From: Chrysomallon squamiferum
Lineage: Eukaryota > Animalia > Mollusca
Assembly (NCBI GenBank): GCA_012295275.1
Contig: CM022672.1
Span: 27,528,001-27,592,000 of the forward strand
Length of the DNA stretch: 64,000 nt
Direction of reading: 5' to 3'
In this document: positions 1-14,389 of the stretch, in pieces
How positions within the stretch are numbered: the stretch's first letter is position 1
How the letters are laid out: every line of letters starts with the position of its first letter
Program-made: the position numbers and the translations under genes
The notes under the pieces: generated by a model
What the model was told of the DNA's origin: nothing
The model's input: the letters and a program-made list of their open reading frames with translations, nothing else
Databases searched by the model: none

Positions 1-272
1 TACACTAATTACATTGTCTGCTCGAACACAATTTTGTCAGTCTCTTGTCTCTTACACCAAGAATAATTTGAAAATAAGGGAACATGTTTGAAGATTCAGT
101 AAACTATCTACTTCACCTCTTCTGACAGTTATATTTCACTGGATCAGTTGAATCATCAGTACTGTAGTTTTATTTCAGTGAATATTCAGCTGTGTAGATT
201 TGGTGTCTGGTAACACTGATACCTGTTTAAAACTGTAATATGTATCATATTTCATTTTGGTTTGTCTTGTAG

Positions 273-373
273 AATTCCATCACACTGAGAGCAATGATAA
301 TATTCAGAATTCTGTTTGTTCTTATGATAATACGGATAGTATGAATTGTAATACAAGTTCTACGTCAAAATAA
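273..373 (+). CDS. Possible phase-1 terminal exon without the BEN helix motif (EFHHTESNDNIQNSVCSYDNTDSMNCNTSSTSK*)
   Basis: tttgtcttgtag acceptor, open in the same phase as the array and starts E-F, but lacks W12/K23/K27/R32. Confidence 0.3.
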
Positions 374-2466
374 CATGTTTGTCATTGGTTCCAAGTGAAT
401 TGCTGTAAGTTAATAAAACAAACATGACTAAAGTGAAAGAAATATTAATTTTAAAAAAAGCTGGAACGTTAATAAGCAAGCTGCTGGCAAAATTTACAAC
501 AGCAAATACTAAATCTTTTCTGATGATTAAGAAGATTGTAACATTTTACTGTTTCTTTACTAAATGAAAAATGTATATTAGTCACTTTTGTAATATTACT
601 CCAGTGAACATTTGTCTTTGCCTTGACACAGTCAGCCATGAACTGAAGGTTCCTGTTTTTAAAATTAGAATGTTCACAGCTGAAGTTATCTGATGATAAT
701 TTTTGTGTATTAAATTTTATTTCTGAGATTAGCTCAAATTAATGAAAATGTTTTGATTATGTAGGTGGCACTATGTTTTGATCAGGCCTACAAGTGATTA
801 TGTGAAAGAACTTTACAGTGTAATTGCCCATGATGTTTATATTTGCCTCAAATGTATATGTTTGTAACCTTTTTTCTATTATAATGTAGCATTTCTTTTC
901 AGCAGTTCAATAGCTTTATATTCTGAAGTGATTAATACCATTACTCTTCAAATACACTTCTTAATATTAATAAGTGTAATTAGACAAAATAAATTGAAAT
1001 GCATACGTATACATGTATGCACATGCACATCAGCCAATTCATTTTCATCTCATCTATTCACATTTCTGGGCTTGAACACATTCACATTTGTCATTTAATT
1101 CAATATTTCTTTACTATAGCCATTTGTAATATTGTACTACTAATAAAATAATGTTGACCAAAAATACAAATTAGTTTAAACAGACAAAATGATTATATTC
1201 TTATTATGTTTCTTTATTTTGTTGATATCTTATTTTTATGTGTTTTTATTGGAGAGGGGTTTGAGAATCTTGTACAAATACCTGAAAAAAAATAATAACT
1301 GGAGGGAACTTGCGTGTCTGTATTTTGTCAAAATCAGTGTTTCACCACTGGTAATTCTGATGGTGGTAATTATGACACTGTTTGATTTATTTGTTCATGC
1401 TGCTCTTCTTGTTGGTGATAACTGCAAGGTTCTTTATTAATTTTGTTCAAAGAAAATGGTATCAGTGGCTTTGGTGGATTATTTAGTAATCTATAATGCT
1501 TTGGAAACACTGAAGGCATGGATTAACATATTAGATAATCTATGATGAATTATTATTATTATGTCATCTTGATTATTTAAAAAAAAAAAAAAAATGTTGA
1601 ATCCATCAGTCTGTGGGGATAAAGTTGTCTTAAGACTTTGTGTTTCTATAACATATAGTTTGTGTGTGAATAATTGTTAAACAGAACACACACATACAAA
1701 AATGAAAATTAATATCTTTGTTAATTAGATGTAAGAAAAGACTAACAATATTTATTTTCATACTGAGAAAATATTGTAAAAGCTGTTTGAACCTAATTGT
1801 TTTGCATCTTCTTCCTTGGTGTACCTAAATGGAATTACAGGAGGCAAAAAAACCCAACAACAACAACAATAACAATAATTAAATAATAAATAAAACCATA
1901 TATGATTGTTTTTAATAACATGCTATATCTGGCTATTTATCTCAGAACGATTTACAGAACTTTACTGTTTCATATAATACATGTATAGAAATACGAGTAT
2001 TTAGATATCAATATCTTTCAATAATACTATCTAGATTAATGTTGTTATCCCTTGGTTGATTATTTATTTTGTTTATTTATTTATTTATTTATTTTTATTT
2101 TTATTTTTATTTTTTCTATTTTTTGTTTTAAATTAATGTTTAATAGTCATCATGTCCTGTGAAATCATGGTAACATTAAATGAATGCTGTGAAATGCTGA
2201 CTGTGTTAATTGCATGTAATTTATTACTTGATTAAAACTTCTTTGAGTTGTTAGATAAATTAGGGAGGGAATTTAAAAAAAAAATAAAACAGTATTTCAT
2301 CCTGATATCCCCCAAAAACATATTTGTGAATTTCAGTCTTTGGATTAAATTATTTAAAAAAACAACAACAAAAAACCATAACTAAAATGAGCTGGTTGTA
2401 AATTTAATATTGAAAACAAATGTTGGCAAACTGCGTCAGTATTACAGTAGACCTTGTTTGTTTCAG

Positions 2467-2603
2467 ATTATATCGAGACTGTGGTCTTTAAAAAGAGGTG
2501 GAATCAGCTGTCAAGATATGACTTTGCCAGAAAGTTCCTCTGCAAAAGTGGATATGCTCGTCTTAAACAAGGAACTTCAAAGAAACGAAAAAAAATATTT
2601 TAA
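2467..2603 (+). CDS. BEN C-terminal variable exon P1: DYIETVVFKKRWNQLSRYDFARKFLCKSGYARLKQGTSKKRKKIF*
   Basis: tttgtttcag acceptor, phase 1, full motif. Confidence 0.8.
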
Positions 2604-3927
2604 CATAAGGAATCTAAAAATAATTATTTTAAAAAGTAATGTTGTTTTGAAATGAGGTACAATAAATATATTGGATATTGATTGTTTCACAGAATAAATT
2701 TAATTATAGACTGTCACTGGATTTCAAAAATATCATATGCTGAAGAAGTATTGAAATTAGTGTTTTGATCCAGCTTTGGTGTTTGATTGTTGATGAAGTA
2801 TTTCAGTATTATCAGTGAATATCATTTTGCTAATTAAAATCTGTAGTTGATTTTTAATCTCTTTTCTTTATTATTAACCCATCATGTTGACACAGCTGAT
2901 TCTGTGACAAAGTCATTAAAATATGTTAGTCAAACATGTATCAAAACAATGGTTTTTAAAAATCACCTGATATTTTGACTTTTGGGGGTTTTGTTGTTGT
3001 TGTTGTTGTTGTTGTTGTGAGGTGTTTGTCTTTGTTTTTTGTTTTTTTTACCAATTGTCAAATTTGGTGACCGAAAGGATAATACAGCATATAACCAAAA
3101 CATGTTTGCTGTTGAAGGTTCTTGATTTTTAATACAGTAACATCATTTATAGGGTCCATAAATGTGACAGGTCACAGTTTATGTAAAATTTGAGAAGACA
3201 AACAGCCTGATAAAACCAGTATTGTTTTTATCTGCATTACATAGTTGTAAAAGGAAGACATTAAAAACCTATAATATCTTTTAATAAGAAAAACCCAAAG
3301 ATAATAATGCACATTACACAAGTAATGTACTAGCATATCAACTGAACATAAAATATATTAATAGCTAATATTGTAACATCATTTCAATTTTTGATCCTTT
3401 CAAGACAATCTAAGCACATAAACACACACACACATACATATAAAGATAATTATTGTTCAGTCCCCCAAAAAGAACAAATAAAATAAAATAAAATAAATAA
3501 ATAAAATTAAGAAAGAAAGAAAAAAAAGATTTTTTAATAAACAAAATACATTTTAAAGGATTAATATAAAATATATTTGATTAGAAATGAATTATATTTA
3601 GTATTATACAGTAAAATTCGACTGTATATATATATATATAAAATATAAACAACCGAATAGCAATATACATATATACTACTATGATTTCCAGAAGTTCTTA
3701 TGTATTAAATTATCAAAGGAAATAGTCTTTATTAGTTTAGCATCTTGAATATTGCAATAAACAGCTTTAGAATTATCTCAGTGTAAAATACCATCGATAA
3801 ATAAAATTAATAATAATATTTATTCCTCTCTGTAATCAAATTTTTCCTGGTAAAGCATTTACTGACTTTTTTGTTGTAATTTCAAGGTTGTAGTTAAAAT
3901 ATTACTCAGTATTATAATTTGTTTCAG

Positions 3928-4067
3928 ATTATATCAGGGCTGTGGCCTCTAAACTTGAATGGCACATATTATCCAAGTCTGAATTTGCGAAAAAGTTCTT
4001 CAACAAACGTGCTTATGCTCGACAAAAACAAGGATTTCCAACTCAGAAGCGAGTACAGATAACATGA
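3928..4067 (+). CDS. BEN C-terminal variable exon P2: DYIRAVASKLEWHILSKSEFAKKFFNKRAYARQKQGFPTQKRVQIT*
   Basis: tttgtttcag acceptor, phase 1, full motif. Confidence 0.8.
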
Positions 4068-5326
4068 GTATGGGTAGAAAGCAGTTTGTCACTAGTACTT
4101 TGTAGTTCGTTGAAAAGACAGAAGCAGCATGCTGCCTTAATGTGCCATACTTTTACCAAGAAAAACAAAATATACATTTATAATATAAATTAAAAAAGAA
4201 GATATTTTAGAAATGTCTCTAATACGTTTGTTACTTAATCACTGTGTTAAAAACACTGGACACGAGTATTATTAAGGAAACTGTTATTGTGTGAATATAC
4301 AAATTATATGTTGTTGCTTTTGGTTTTGGAATCATTGTTAGAATGTGCTTCCTGTTATTGTTCTGCTGTTGGCAAATTTACAAAAATACAATTCTCACTG
4401 GTTCTGGTGAGAGATGACAAGACAGTTTGAAAATTTAATCTATTAATAAACTTTTATTTTTTATTATTATTTTTTTTTTAAATTTAATTTAACTTTTTAT
4501 TTTATAAGTTACATTATTTTTAAACTGTTTAATCTGATGTAAAATAGTTTTAAACGCTATTTTTTTAATTATTACAGTTTTATTGTCAAAACATATATAA
4601 TAATTAATATATCTATCTGACAGTCATTATGTAGTGTTCATCTACTGTAAATGGTTGTTTTCTAACTATTGACTTTGTTATTCCATGTGCGTTTATCCAA
4701 GGCTGAACAAGTTAGTGTTACAAGAGCAACACTTCATATTTCTCATATTAAAAATACCTGTCACAAATCATATAACAGAGAGCATTCATGGTTTAGAGCA
4801 TTCCTGACTTTGTTTCTGATCATACTATTTTCTGCACTATTTTCAACATTGTTATTCAGAGCAGACTATCACTCTGTGGTATTTTGCAAATTTAATGAGG
4901 TGTTGAATCTTTGTTTTTGTATTTTTTCATATTCCTTTTTCAGTGTTGTTTTTTGAATTATTTGTTTCCATAGGATGAAATATGTTTGGCTTTAATGCTT
5001 TCTTTGAATGGAAGGAACATAGTTTTATTTTAATTTTAATTTTTTTTCAAGTTCAGACTATTATTTCTGTGATTTCTCAAAATCTGAACTAACCTCTTGC
5101 ATTATTTCCTATTCAAAAATCTAAGTTAGCGGTTATCGTAACAAGGAAGAAAATGGTTAATTCTAATTTTTGAAAATATCTGTTATATCATATCTGCTTG
5201 TAGTTACAGTGTTAGCAGAATTGTAAGGTTTAGTTTTTAGATAATTACTCAGCATGGAGATTAAATTCTAAACACAGATGAAATAATGCCAAAGATTAAA
5301 ACAGGAAATTTTACAATTTATTTCAG

Positions 5327-5484
5327 ATTTTGTGAACTTGGTGATCGATATCAAAGGATGGCAGCACTTGCTACCTACTGATTTTTCAAGAAAGTTGATC
5401 AACAAACGTGCCTACGCTCGTATTAAACAAGGGCTCCAAACATTCAGCATAGGAATGGACATAAAAAATCTGTCTTTTTCTTGA
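5327..5484 (+). CDS. BEN C-terminal variable exon P3: DFVNLVIDIKGWQHLLPTDFSRKLINKRAYARIKQGLQTFSIGMDIKNLSFS*
   Basis: tttatttcag acceptor, phase 1, full motif. Confidence 0.8.
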
Positions 5485-7017
5485 TATTTGATTTCTTTTT
5501 ATTACTATATTTGTTAAAAGATTTTTAAAAAATCATAAATCTTTCATTATGAGAACTTTATTATTTGTTGGTGTTAATTTGAAATTTGACATTTTTTTCA
5601 AAAACTTATTTTGGATTTTATGGGTTTTTGGGGGGTTTTTGTTTTTGTTTTAATGAATCGAAATGTATGTGTCTGAAACTTACAACCTTAATGTTTGTTG
5701 ATGGATATTGTTTGTTTATTTGTTTGATTTTAAAAAACCAAAGAAGTAAACTGTTTACTTGAAACCAATTTTTAGTTCAACATTTTTCTATCAGATAGTC
5801 TTGAATGTGAAGAAAACTCATTATAAGCTCTGATTTACTGTTAGTGGCAAGATCAAGAATAAAAATCACAAAGTGAAGTGGTTAAATGTTACTGTTTAAG
5901 TGAAAACATTTTCTTTTTCTACATGATGGATGGTCTGCTTGAGATGTGGTGGGTCACTAGATCAGTTGCTCTTGATACCATTCACAACTAGTTAAACATT
6001 CTAACATTAACTGTATTATATACCATCCTGCTGTGAGATGGCACATATAAACAAGTGTTTGCTGTTTATCAGGAAGGTGTCCTTAAACAAGTCTGATATT
6101 GTATAACCATAATTACAGTGTGTTGTGTTTCATCTTCCTTTTTTCCATCTTGTCAAAGATGAATGTACTCTGTGAGATTCTTGTTATTGTTTTGTTAAAA
6201 TGGTTTCTCTGGTTTGACACTGCACACCTTCATATTTGAAAATAAAAAATCTCCAAGTACTATATCTTCATCTAAAAGGCAAATAAAGAAAGGTTACTTG
6301 AACAGATGATCACCATCCAAAACTTTCCTCTGAGAGAGATCGTGTGAGATTTAAAGTATTTATTTTCATGAACCAAAGACATTTTATAGTAGAATTAAAA
6401 ATTACAGTTATGTTCAGTTATTAGATATTTTAATGTGCAGATACATACATTTAAAGAAAATAAAATCTATATTTTGTTTCTTGTTTTAAAACTTTTGTTT
6501 TATTTATACTGTTGTTATTTTTATATAAATATGCAAGGAGTGTTATCAAATGGTTCATTATCCTATCTTTATCAAAAGTGTTAGTGTAGTGCAAAAGTTC
6601 CAGTTTTGCCAGTTATCAAGCATTTAAAATATTATTAACCAGTAGCTGTCCACATGTACTTCATCAGTATAAAAATAATTGCAATAATTATGGTCTTGTA
6701 AAACAGAATTCCACATACACTGCAAACAACAGAACTATTTTATTATACTGAGACTGTCAGATAAACCTGGACACCAATAGAATCACAAAACTGTTAACTA
6801 TGCAACAATGCACCAAAATAATTACCAAAAAATATTACACACTTTACTGTAACGGTTTAAAGTTTTTATAATGGAATACATGTACAGTGACAATTAAGTA
6901 AAAATATCTTCTGGTAATTAAACATTCATTTAGAAAAGAAATATTAAAATTCATTTAATTTAGTAAAAGTATAGCTCATTTTGTCACAATGCTGTTTAAA
7001 ACCCCACTTCTTTACAG

Positions 7018-7136
7018 ATTATTATTCAAGAGTGTGTCATTTGAAAACATGGAGGACATTAGACAGAAAAGAACTTATGAAGAAGTTTTACAACAAATGC
7101 ACTTCTGCAAAGCAATCTCTGCTTCTTCTTGTGTAG
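7018..7136 (+). CDS. BEN C-terminal variable exon P4: DYYSRVCHLKTWRTLDRKELMKKFYNKCTSAKQSLLLLV*
   Basis: cttctttacag acceptor, phase 1, motif with K at position 32. Confidence 0.8.
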
Positions 7137-7414
7137 CTGACTTGTGGACAAAAGAATTTTAAAAAAAAAAAAATGCATACAGAGAGCCTTTCATTTTGTT
7201 TTTACTCTGTTCATGGCTGAGATACATTTCAGAATTTCAAAAACATTCTTACAGGAAGGTGGAATAAAAGAAATTTAAAACGTCGGACAATTATGTTTGT
7301 TCCGGGTTGAATTTAAAAAAATAAGAAAAAAAAAAAAAAAGACATTTTAGATATTTGTTAACATATTGCTTATCCTATTGGTCATGAATTTTTGGTTTCA
7401 CCAGTTTGATAATA

Positions 7415-7456
<42 letters not shown>

Positions 7457-7460
<4 letters not shown>

Positions 7461-7816
7461 TTCACACCAAATGTCACATTTTTGTTGCACTGGGCATTTA
7501 GTTACCCACAGAGAACATGTAACATTCATTCAAATGTATATATATATAATATATATTAATTTGTATCAAATCCACTGTGGATATTTTCCACTGAATATCC
7601 CACAGCTGGTTTATGTACCTTCCTACCTATTGGGAAAATGCATGTCCTGTCCTTTTATAAGTTTATCTTACAACAGCTGCTGTGTAGTAAAGCAGGTTTA
7701 CACTCACATTCTCTCATCATCAAGATAGCTAAACACCATATTCTTCACACCAAACGTCACATTTTTGTTCACTGGGCATTTAGTTACCCACAGAGAACAT
7801 GTAACATTCATTCAAA
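7457..7816. repeat. Direct duplication of ~79 bp (7457-7535 and 7738-7816)
   Basis: ATTCTTCACACCAAAYGTCACATTTTTGTT..CACTGGGCATTTAGTTACCCACAGAGAACATGTAACATTCATTCAAAT occurs twice. Confidence 0.85.
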
Positions 7817-8440
7817 TTTAATTCAAACAGCTTAAGATAATTAATACGGACTTAACTTGAGTTCATCTCAGTGTACAGATTAAAAATACAAGTTTCTTCT
7901 ATATATTTTTATAGATTTATTATTGGGTTTTTTCTCTTCCATTTTTTCCAATTAAGTTACTGTTAAGAATTAAACTGAAAATATTCTTACTGGTTCAATG
8001 AATGTAGTAATTTGATTATTACATTTATATCAGATTTTAACACGGAAATGAATTATTACTTACAGCAGTATGATTCATTAATAAATCAGTTTTGTACGTT
8101 AGACAAGTTTTGAATGTGTGAAATTTTAATGTTAGTCATAATTATATCCATGTTAAAATAATTGTGGACTAGACACAGGTATTTAAAAAAAATAATAGTA
8201 AATTTAAAAATAAATTAAGAAATTTCAGTAAAACAGAACAACAACTAATGTTTAAGAAATCGTATACTTTAATTTTATTATGTACTGTTACATCTAATAA
8301 AGGTAATTTATTATTCATCAGCAAAACTGAAACAAACATTCATTTAAATATTTTAAACTGATTTTTTGCATATATTCGAGATCAGTCAACCTCTCATTGT
8401 TACTTATTAAATCCAGCTAATTTTTTATGATTTATTTCAG

Positions 8441-8571
8441 AATACATTGAATCTGTGTGTGCCATTAAAGGATTGGAAACATTAAATCATGCAAGGTTTA
8501 ACAGAAAGGTCATTGACAAATGTGCATATGCTAGAAGGGCAGTGAATTTGAAGATACAAATTCCAAAGTAA
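8441..8571 (+). CDS. BEN C-terminal variable exon P5: EYIESVCAIKGLETLNHARFNRKVIDKCAYARRAVNLKIQIPK*
   Basis: tttatttcag acceptor, phase 1, motif with L at position 12. Confidence 0.8.
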
Positions 8572-10831
8572 CTATATACTGATATCTCAAATGCTTGAGA
8601 TATTTGAACAGTAAAAGCAACAGCGAAGACATGGATGTTTTGATTATGGCCATATATTCCTTTCAAATAAAATAAGAATTTAAGATACATAATGACATTA
8701 GCCACTAAGGCAGTAATGTTGCTCATGCTCTATATCTGCAAATATAAAATAAAATTAATTAGCATATCGCAATCTTTTAAAAAAAAAAAAAAAAATGTTC
8801 TTTATTATAATATGAAACACATTTATTGTAATCTACTATAAACAGAAAAAAAAACATTCATCTTGAACTTCATTTTGTATTCCAGTTTGTATAATGAACT
8901 GTGAAATAGTGTGGGTATAAAGTCAGGGGATGGGAGTTGGTGAGCTAATTATTGTTGTTTATATACAAACTGACTGATGCATGTTAAAGCTGGATTGTCA
9001 TTTAATTTTAATTATTTCATGAATGGAGAGGAATTTCAAGAATTCATAAATAAATGTTTTGCATTTATTTTTTCTAAACAAGACTAGTAAATGTATTCCT
9101 GAGAATAAAAATTGTTTAAAGTCTGTGATTTAGTGTTTCATTATTGATCTGTGTTTCCAAAAGGATTTTGTGTTTCAGTGGCTATTTTACTCAGCATCTA
9201 CACTCCTAATATTTTTAGCTTCAGTGTATGTAGAGAGTAATTTTACTAAAACTGAGAAATCATGCTTGTAATCTTTATGCTATCATCTCTAAAAATACTG
9301 AATGAAACAAAAGTAAAAATGAATAGTGATTCTAACTTTAACTGTATATTTTGCAGAAAGTACCATTTATATTGCCATTGCATAATGTTGTTGTTTGTGT
9401 GGGGGGGTGTTTTTGCATGCAATAGTTCAAATAGATCCGGGAAGAAGTATTCCAACTACAAACAAAAAGTTGTTAATCTTTGTGTAGAAGCAGAAGCATT
9501 GGATGGATGAACTCCTTTCCAGGACAGCCAAAGTTTGCAGTCTCAGGAGGCAGATTTCAGTCCGTTTCTGCAACATTTTGCCTCATCCAAAACAGCCTTG
9601 GAACCTACAAGTATATTCACCTCTGTCACACAGCAAGAACCTTGATACCAAACCCTGTCCTTTTCAAAACGTGGGCTTTGCCTATCTAAGTTCACAAGAG
9701 CTTTCACAGGAGCAAATTCTTCATGTTTTTATTATAGTTTTCTGCAATGCTGAGAGCAACAGAAAATATGTTGATTTAAGACATTATATGGTACATTGCA
9801 CAGCACTGATGTGTCATGAATTTTGGACATATGTTGTTTGAATACTGCACAGTCATTTAATCAAAATCTAAAACAATTTATTTATTTCTTACCATTTTTG
9901 TTATTCTTGCTGTCATTGGATAATGAATTAAACTATGTGAGAAAACAAGCCAAAAAAAAAAAAAAAAAATGCACCACCAACAAAAACAATTGTGAGAGTT
10001 GTTTCAACTACTGTTGCATTTAATTCTCTAATATCACATCATAATTCTATTTTAACTGTTGTGTTACATATTCAAAATATTTTTGTTTGTGAAAACAATT
10101 TTTTCATCTGATGATAATACTGTGCAGTGATATCTTAAACACTGGGTTCAGTTAACATAATGTAAAAAATTTAAAAGAAAAAGAGTCATTTCAGGATATA
10201 TATTGATTAAATCAGTTCTTTGTGAGAACAATGGTAATCATATTACAAGTCAGCTATTTCACTGAATGTTATTTTAAAACATTTTATGATACAGCTGGCC
10301 ACTGATTTCATGTGGTTATAAATTAATTATTTTATGTTATTTAGATCTTCAAATATTTTATCTTACTTTTATATTATCTGATCTAGTGTTAATCTGATCT
10401 TATTTTATTTTGTAATTGTGTATTTTAATAAACTGTGTTTATTTTACCCATTTGATAGTGTAATGATACAAAGTGCATTCAATACAGAATTTTGTTACCA
10501 ACTAATCCTCTACATATGGTGCAAGACTGTTTTTAAGTTTAAATTGTGATTATCAGAGAAACCCCACCCCCCAAAACCAACAAATATTTCAAAACAGTTG
10601 TGCTGAGGAAATGTCAAGATGACATCTTCAAAAATAATAACCAAGTTTTAATTGCAAGATGACTTGTGGTTGGTAATATCTTTTAATGCATTATGTTTCC
10701 ATAGCAGGTTAAAAATTTGACACAATGTGCTTTCAGAATTTCTTTCATTAAATTATGAATCAGAAAAAGGAGATGAGATTATTGCCTGTTTCTCTGGAGG
10801 CTGTAACTGATGTGATGTAATTTGTTTTCAG

Positions 10832-10977
10832 ATTTCCTTGAATTGGTGAGCTTGAAGGAACAGTGGCAGCAAATGACTCGCAAACTATTTATTAGAAAGT
10901 TTATTAACAAAAGTGCAAAATCTAGACTGAAGCAAAAAACACGACTCTTAAAACTGGTAATGACAAATATACAGTGA
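10832..10977 (+). CDS. BEN C-terminal variable exon P6: DFLELVSLKEQWQQMTRKLFIRKFINKSAKSRLKQKTRLLKLVMTNIQ*
   Basis: tttgttttcag acceptor, phase 1, full motif. Confidence 0.8.
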
Positions 10978-11618
10978 ATTCACCAAACACTGTCATCTGT
11001 ATCTATATTTAATCAAGTATTCTGACTGTTAAACTTCTCAAGATTGATGTAATTATGTCACTCATATAATCAAAAAGATTTAGAAATGATAATTTTGTCA
11101 CAGAAATAGAATTTGTAGTTAATGATACTTTATAAATATTAAAAGCAATTTATTTTTTATTTTTCAAATTTAATAGTATTATTTATTTATTTTATTTTAT
11201 TATTATTACTATTATTATTTTTTTTATTTTTTTTATGCTTGTAAGAAAAGTAGAAACCTAATTTTTCTAGGTTGAAAATATATTTTTAAAATGATATTAT
11301 GGAACAGCAGCTGAAAGCTCTTATTCTTGTGGAGGAGAAGGAAAAAAAAACTTTTGATTCTTTTTAAACTTAAAGCATAATCATATAATAATATGACACA
11401 ATTAATCTCTGTAAATATCTACCAGTATACATAACATTTTCTGGGTTTTATTTAATTTTATTATTATTAATATTCTTTTAATTATTTTAATTTTTATTTA
11501 ATTAATTTTTTTATTCTATTTTATAGATTTTATCAGGATTAATAATAGTGTTATTATTAAATTACATTTGTTTAAATAGCAAAGCTGCTTTTCAAATACT
11601 ATAATGGTTTTCTTTCAG

Positions 11619-11830
11619 AATTCATCAAATGTGTGAATAGTAAGAATGGATGGCAGCCTATGAGTTTCCAACATTTTCTGCGGAAAGTCATAAACAAATG
11701 TACTTATTCTAGAACGAAGACAAAACGATGTGAATTCTTTGGATCACAAAGAGTTCACAAAAGGCAGACAACTAGCTCATTTGAAAGAGACACCAAATAT
11801 GGATCCCCTTTTGATGAACAACAAGATTAA
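11619..11830 (+). CDS. BEN C-terminal variable exon P7: EFIKCVNSKNGWQPMSFQHFLRKVINKCTYSRTKTKRCEFFGSQRVHKRQTTSSFERDTKYGSPFDEQQD*
   Basis: ttttctttcag acceptor, phase 1, full motif. Confidence 0.8.
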
Positions 11831-13392
11831 ATATTACAAAAAATAAACAGTCTAACTGTTGTTGCATATTATTAAATCTGTGATGCAGAAAATAAAATTA
11901 CTTGAATACTAATCAAAATGAGTTGGAAATGATAATGTTGTGACAGTAATAGAATTTATAGTCTATATGATACTTTCAGAATGTTATGTGGCAGTTGGTA
12001 CAATTTATGTGGCATTAAAACTTATTAATGGATTTTTTCACAGAAATCTTTTTCATCTTTAGGGTTCAGTCTTGTGTTTTATGAAAAGGTTATTGGTTTT
12101 CTGGAATTTCCTTTTTGTGATGATCTGTAGCATGCATTATATAGAGCCATATGTAATATCATTTCTACAATATATGCATATGTATATACAAACAAGCACA
12201 CTTTCACAGAAACAAATAAATGTAAAATTAATGTATTATCTTGTTAATTTTGATATAACTATAGCTTTTGTGTATTTAATTAAATATTATTTAGTTCACT
12301 TTTTCATTAGACTTTTGTACCTTTCAAAGGTTTTATTAGTTTCAGCTTTTGAAAATCCAGTGAAATTAGAAATGTTTGTGTTCTGCATTTATTTGTTTGT
12401 TGATAACATTCCTCTCTGATGATTAAATTTATCTGAAAACAAATTTTGATTTTGTGTGATATGTTAAACCAGTGGGGCCAATGAAAGTGCACACAGTAAA
12501 TTTAAAAAAAATAAAATAAATTAAAAAATTAAAATAATAATAAATAAAATGACAGTGATAGTTTGTGATGCAGAATAAAAATGGGTTGTTGTGTGTATGA
12601 TTTAGAACTGATAAATTAGAATGCTATGTGAGTGTATGTGTTAAATACTTACAATGAACATTCCTACTGTACAGGAAGACTTAATATTCTTAGCAGTAGA
12701 CATATCTTTATAATTACAGGCTATAAAGAATGGCTCATCATAACTTGTTTTGTTTTTTCTACTTTTTTTTTATATTTGTAATATTTTTATTTATTTCTGT
12801 TGGAATGAAGTGGATTTAAATTTTTTATTTTTTTTCAAATTTATTTTACTGTTTTTATTTATATTTGAATATATTTATGAGAACACTCATCAAAAACAGC
12901 TGGAAATGATAATTCTGTTACAACAACAGGACTTATAGTGTATGTGTGTGTATATATATATATATAAAAAAACTAAAGTTGTTAGAACTTGTAATTCATT
13001 TAACCACAATCATTATTCATTAACACGTTAATAGTAATCTTGACTGCTTTAAAATCTTGATTTATGGTTGCCTTAGAAAATGTTCTAGAAATGCTGTTTC
13101 AAAACAGGAAAACGGATCCCTGTTTGTGAGGAAATGTTTAGTATTGTTTGGGGTTTCTTGGTCTAAAAAACATGTATTCTCTTGTGTGATTTCTTCAGAG
13201 TGCATGCTGTTAATCCCAATCTGTGAGGAAATGTTTAGTATAATGTATGTTGTTTGCTCTGTTTTCTTGTGAATGTATGTGTCTAAAATGCATTATTTAG
13301 AGCAAAAATTAATTTAAAGAAAGAAAATGAATGTTTAGCAGTCGAATACAAAAATTGATAATGACTATTAATAATGTGGTTTTGATTTTCAG

Positions 13393-13574
13393 GTTTCCTG
13401 GTATTCTCCTGTGCCAAGAAAGGATGGATAGATGTTCATCATAAAATATTTGTCAAGAAATTCATAGACAAATGCAAATATGCAAGGAATAAACTTGCTA
13501 AATCCTATCACACTTCTGATGACAGCAGATTGCCTGTTAAATGTGTGCACAGGACTTATTGGATGCCCATGTAA
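13393..13574 (+). CDS. BEN C-terminal variable exon P8: GFLVFSCAKKGWIDVHHKIFVKKFIDKCKYARNKLAKSYHTSDDSRLPVKCVHRTYWMPM*
   Basis: tttgattttcag acceptor, phase 1, full motif. Confidence 0.8.
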
Positions 13575-14389
13575 CAACTTCAGAGGGCATAGTTGATGCA
13601 AGACTGTCTGGATATACACATAACCTCTTCAAAAAGAATAGTAATATACAAAAGAAAGAGTAATCAACTAATTCAAAATTTTATGTTGAACTTGAGTAGA
13701 AAAAAAACTTGGACATCTCTATATGTGTTGGTTTTAAAGATGAAAAGATTTCTTAACTAGAAGAAAATAATAAATCTGACATGTTTTGAACTATCAGTTT
13801 TGTTTGCAACACCATTCTACAAACACTGAAAAACTAGCTGAATGAAATGATTACTTGTTTATGATAGAAAAATGTAAAGAATGGCACAAAAATAACAGAT
13901 TTAAAAAAAAAATTCTTAACAATACTATTTGTGTAAAACTGTTGAGAAAGTTATTATAAAATATTAGGTTTCTTTGATCTACACTGTAATTGTAGGTCTT
14001 TATTAAGGCTTTTTAAACTGAAGATTTAGTTTGTCTATTTGTGACTGCAGTTGTTTGCTGTATTTGTTTATATGTGGCTGTTTTTGAATTGATCTTTATA
14101 GCAATCATTCAATCAGTCTTAGGTACAGAATACAGAAGACACCGTGCAGGTTCATAAGTGAGAATTCTATTTGAAATATTTGCAGTCACACTGCAAATAA
14201 CACCAAATAGTCCCAGTTATGCAAATAGCATGTTGATCTTGTCACTTTATGTAATGCTTGGTGATTATAACTCGTTATTATTTCAGATTTATTGATATAT
14301 GTCACACTTTTTATATGAACAGTTATTACGTTTTACTCATTTGTTTGTGTGTGTATAATGATGATGATATGACAAAGACAATCTTTCAG

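Noticed and set aside
1266-1345. ORF segment YKYLKKNNNWRELACLYFVK resembling variable exon P16
   Set aside because: No proper polypyrimidine acceptor, the phase-1 reading stops at once, and K23/K27/R32 are absent. Chance or at best a decayed copy.
5940-6100. Decayed SINE-like segments sharing TGTG.GA..GTGCAC.TAAAA...TTGCTG (also ~26860-26950 and ~30750-30865)
   Set aside because: Similarity is too degenerate to define boundaries or a family without a repeat library.
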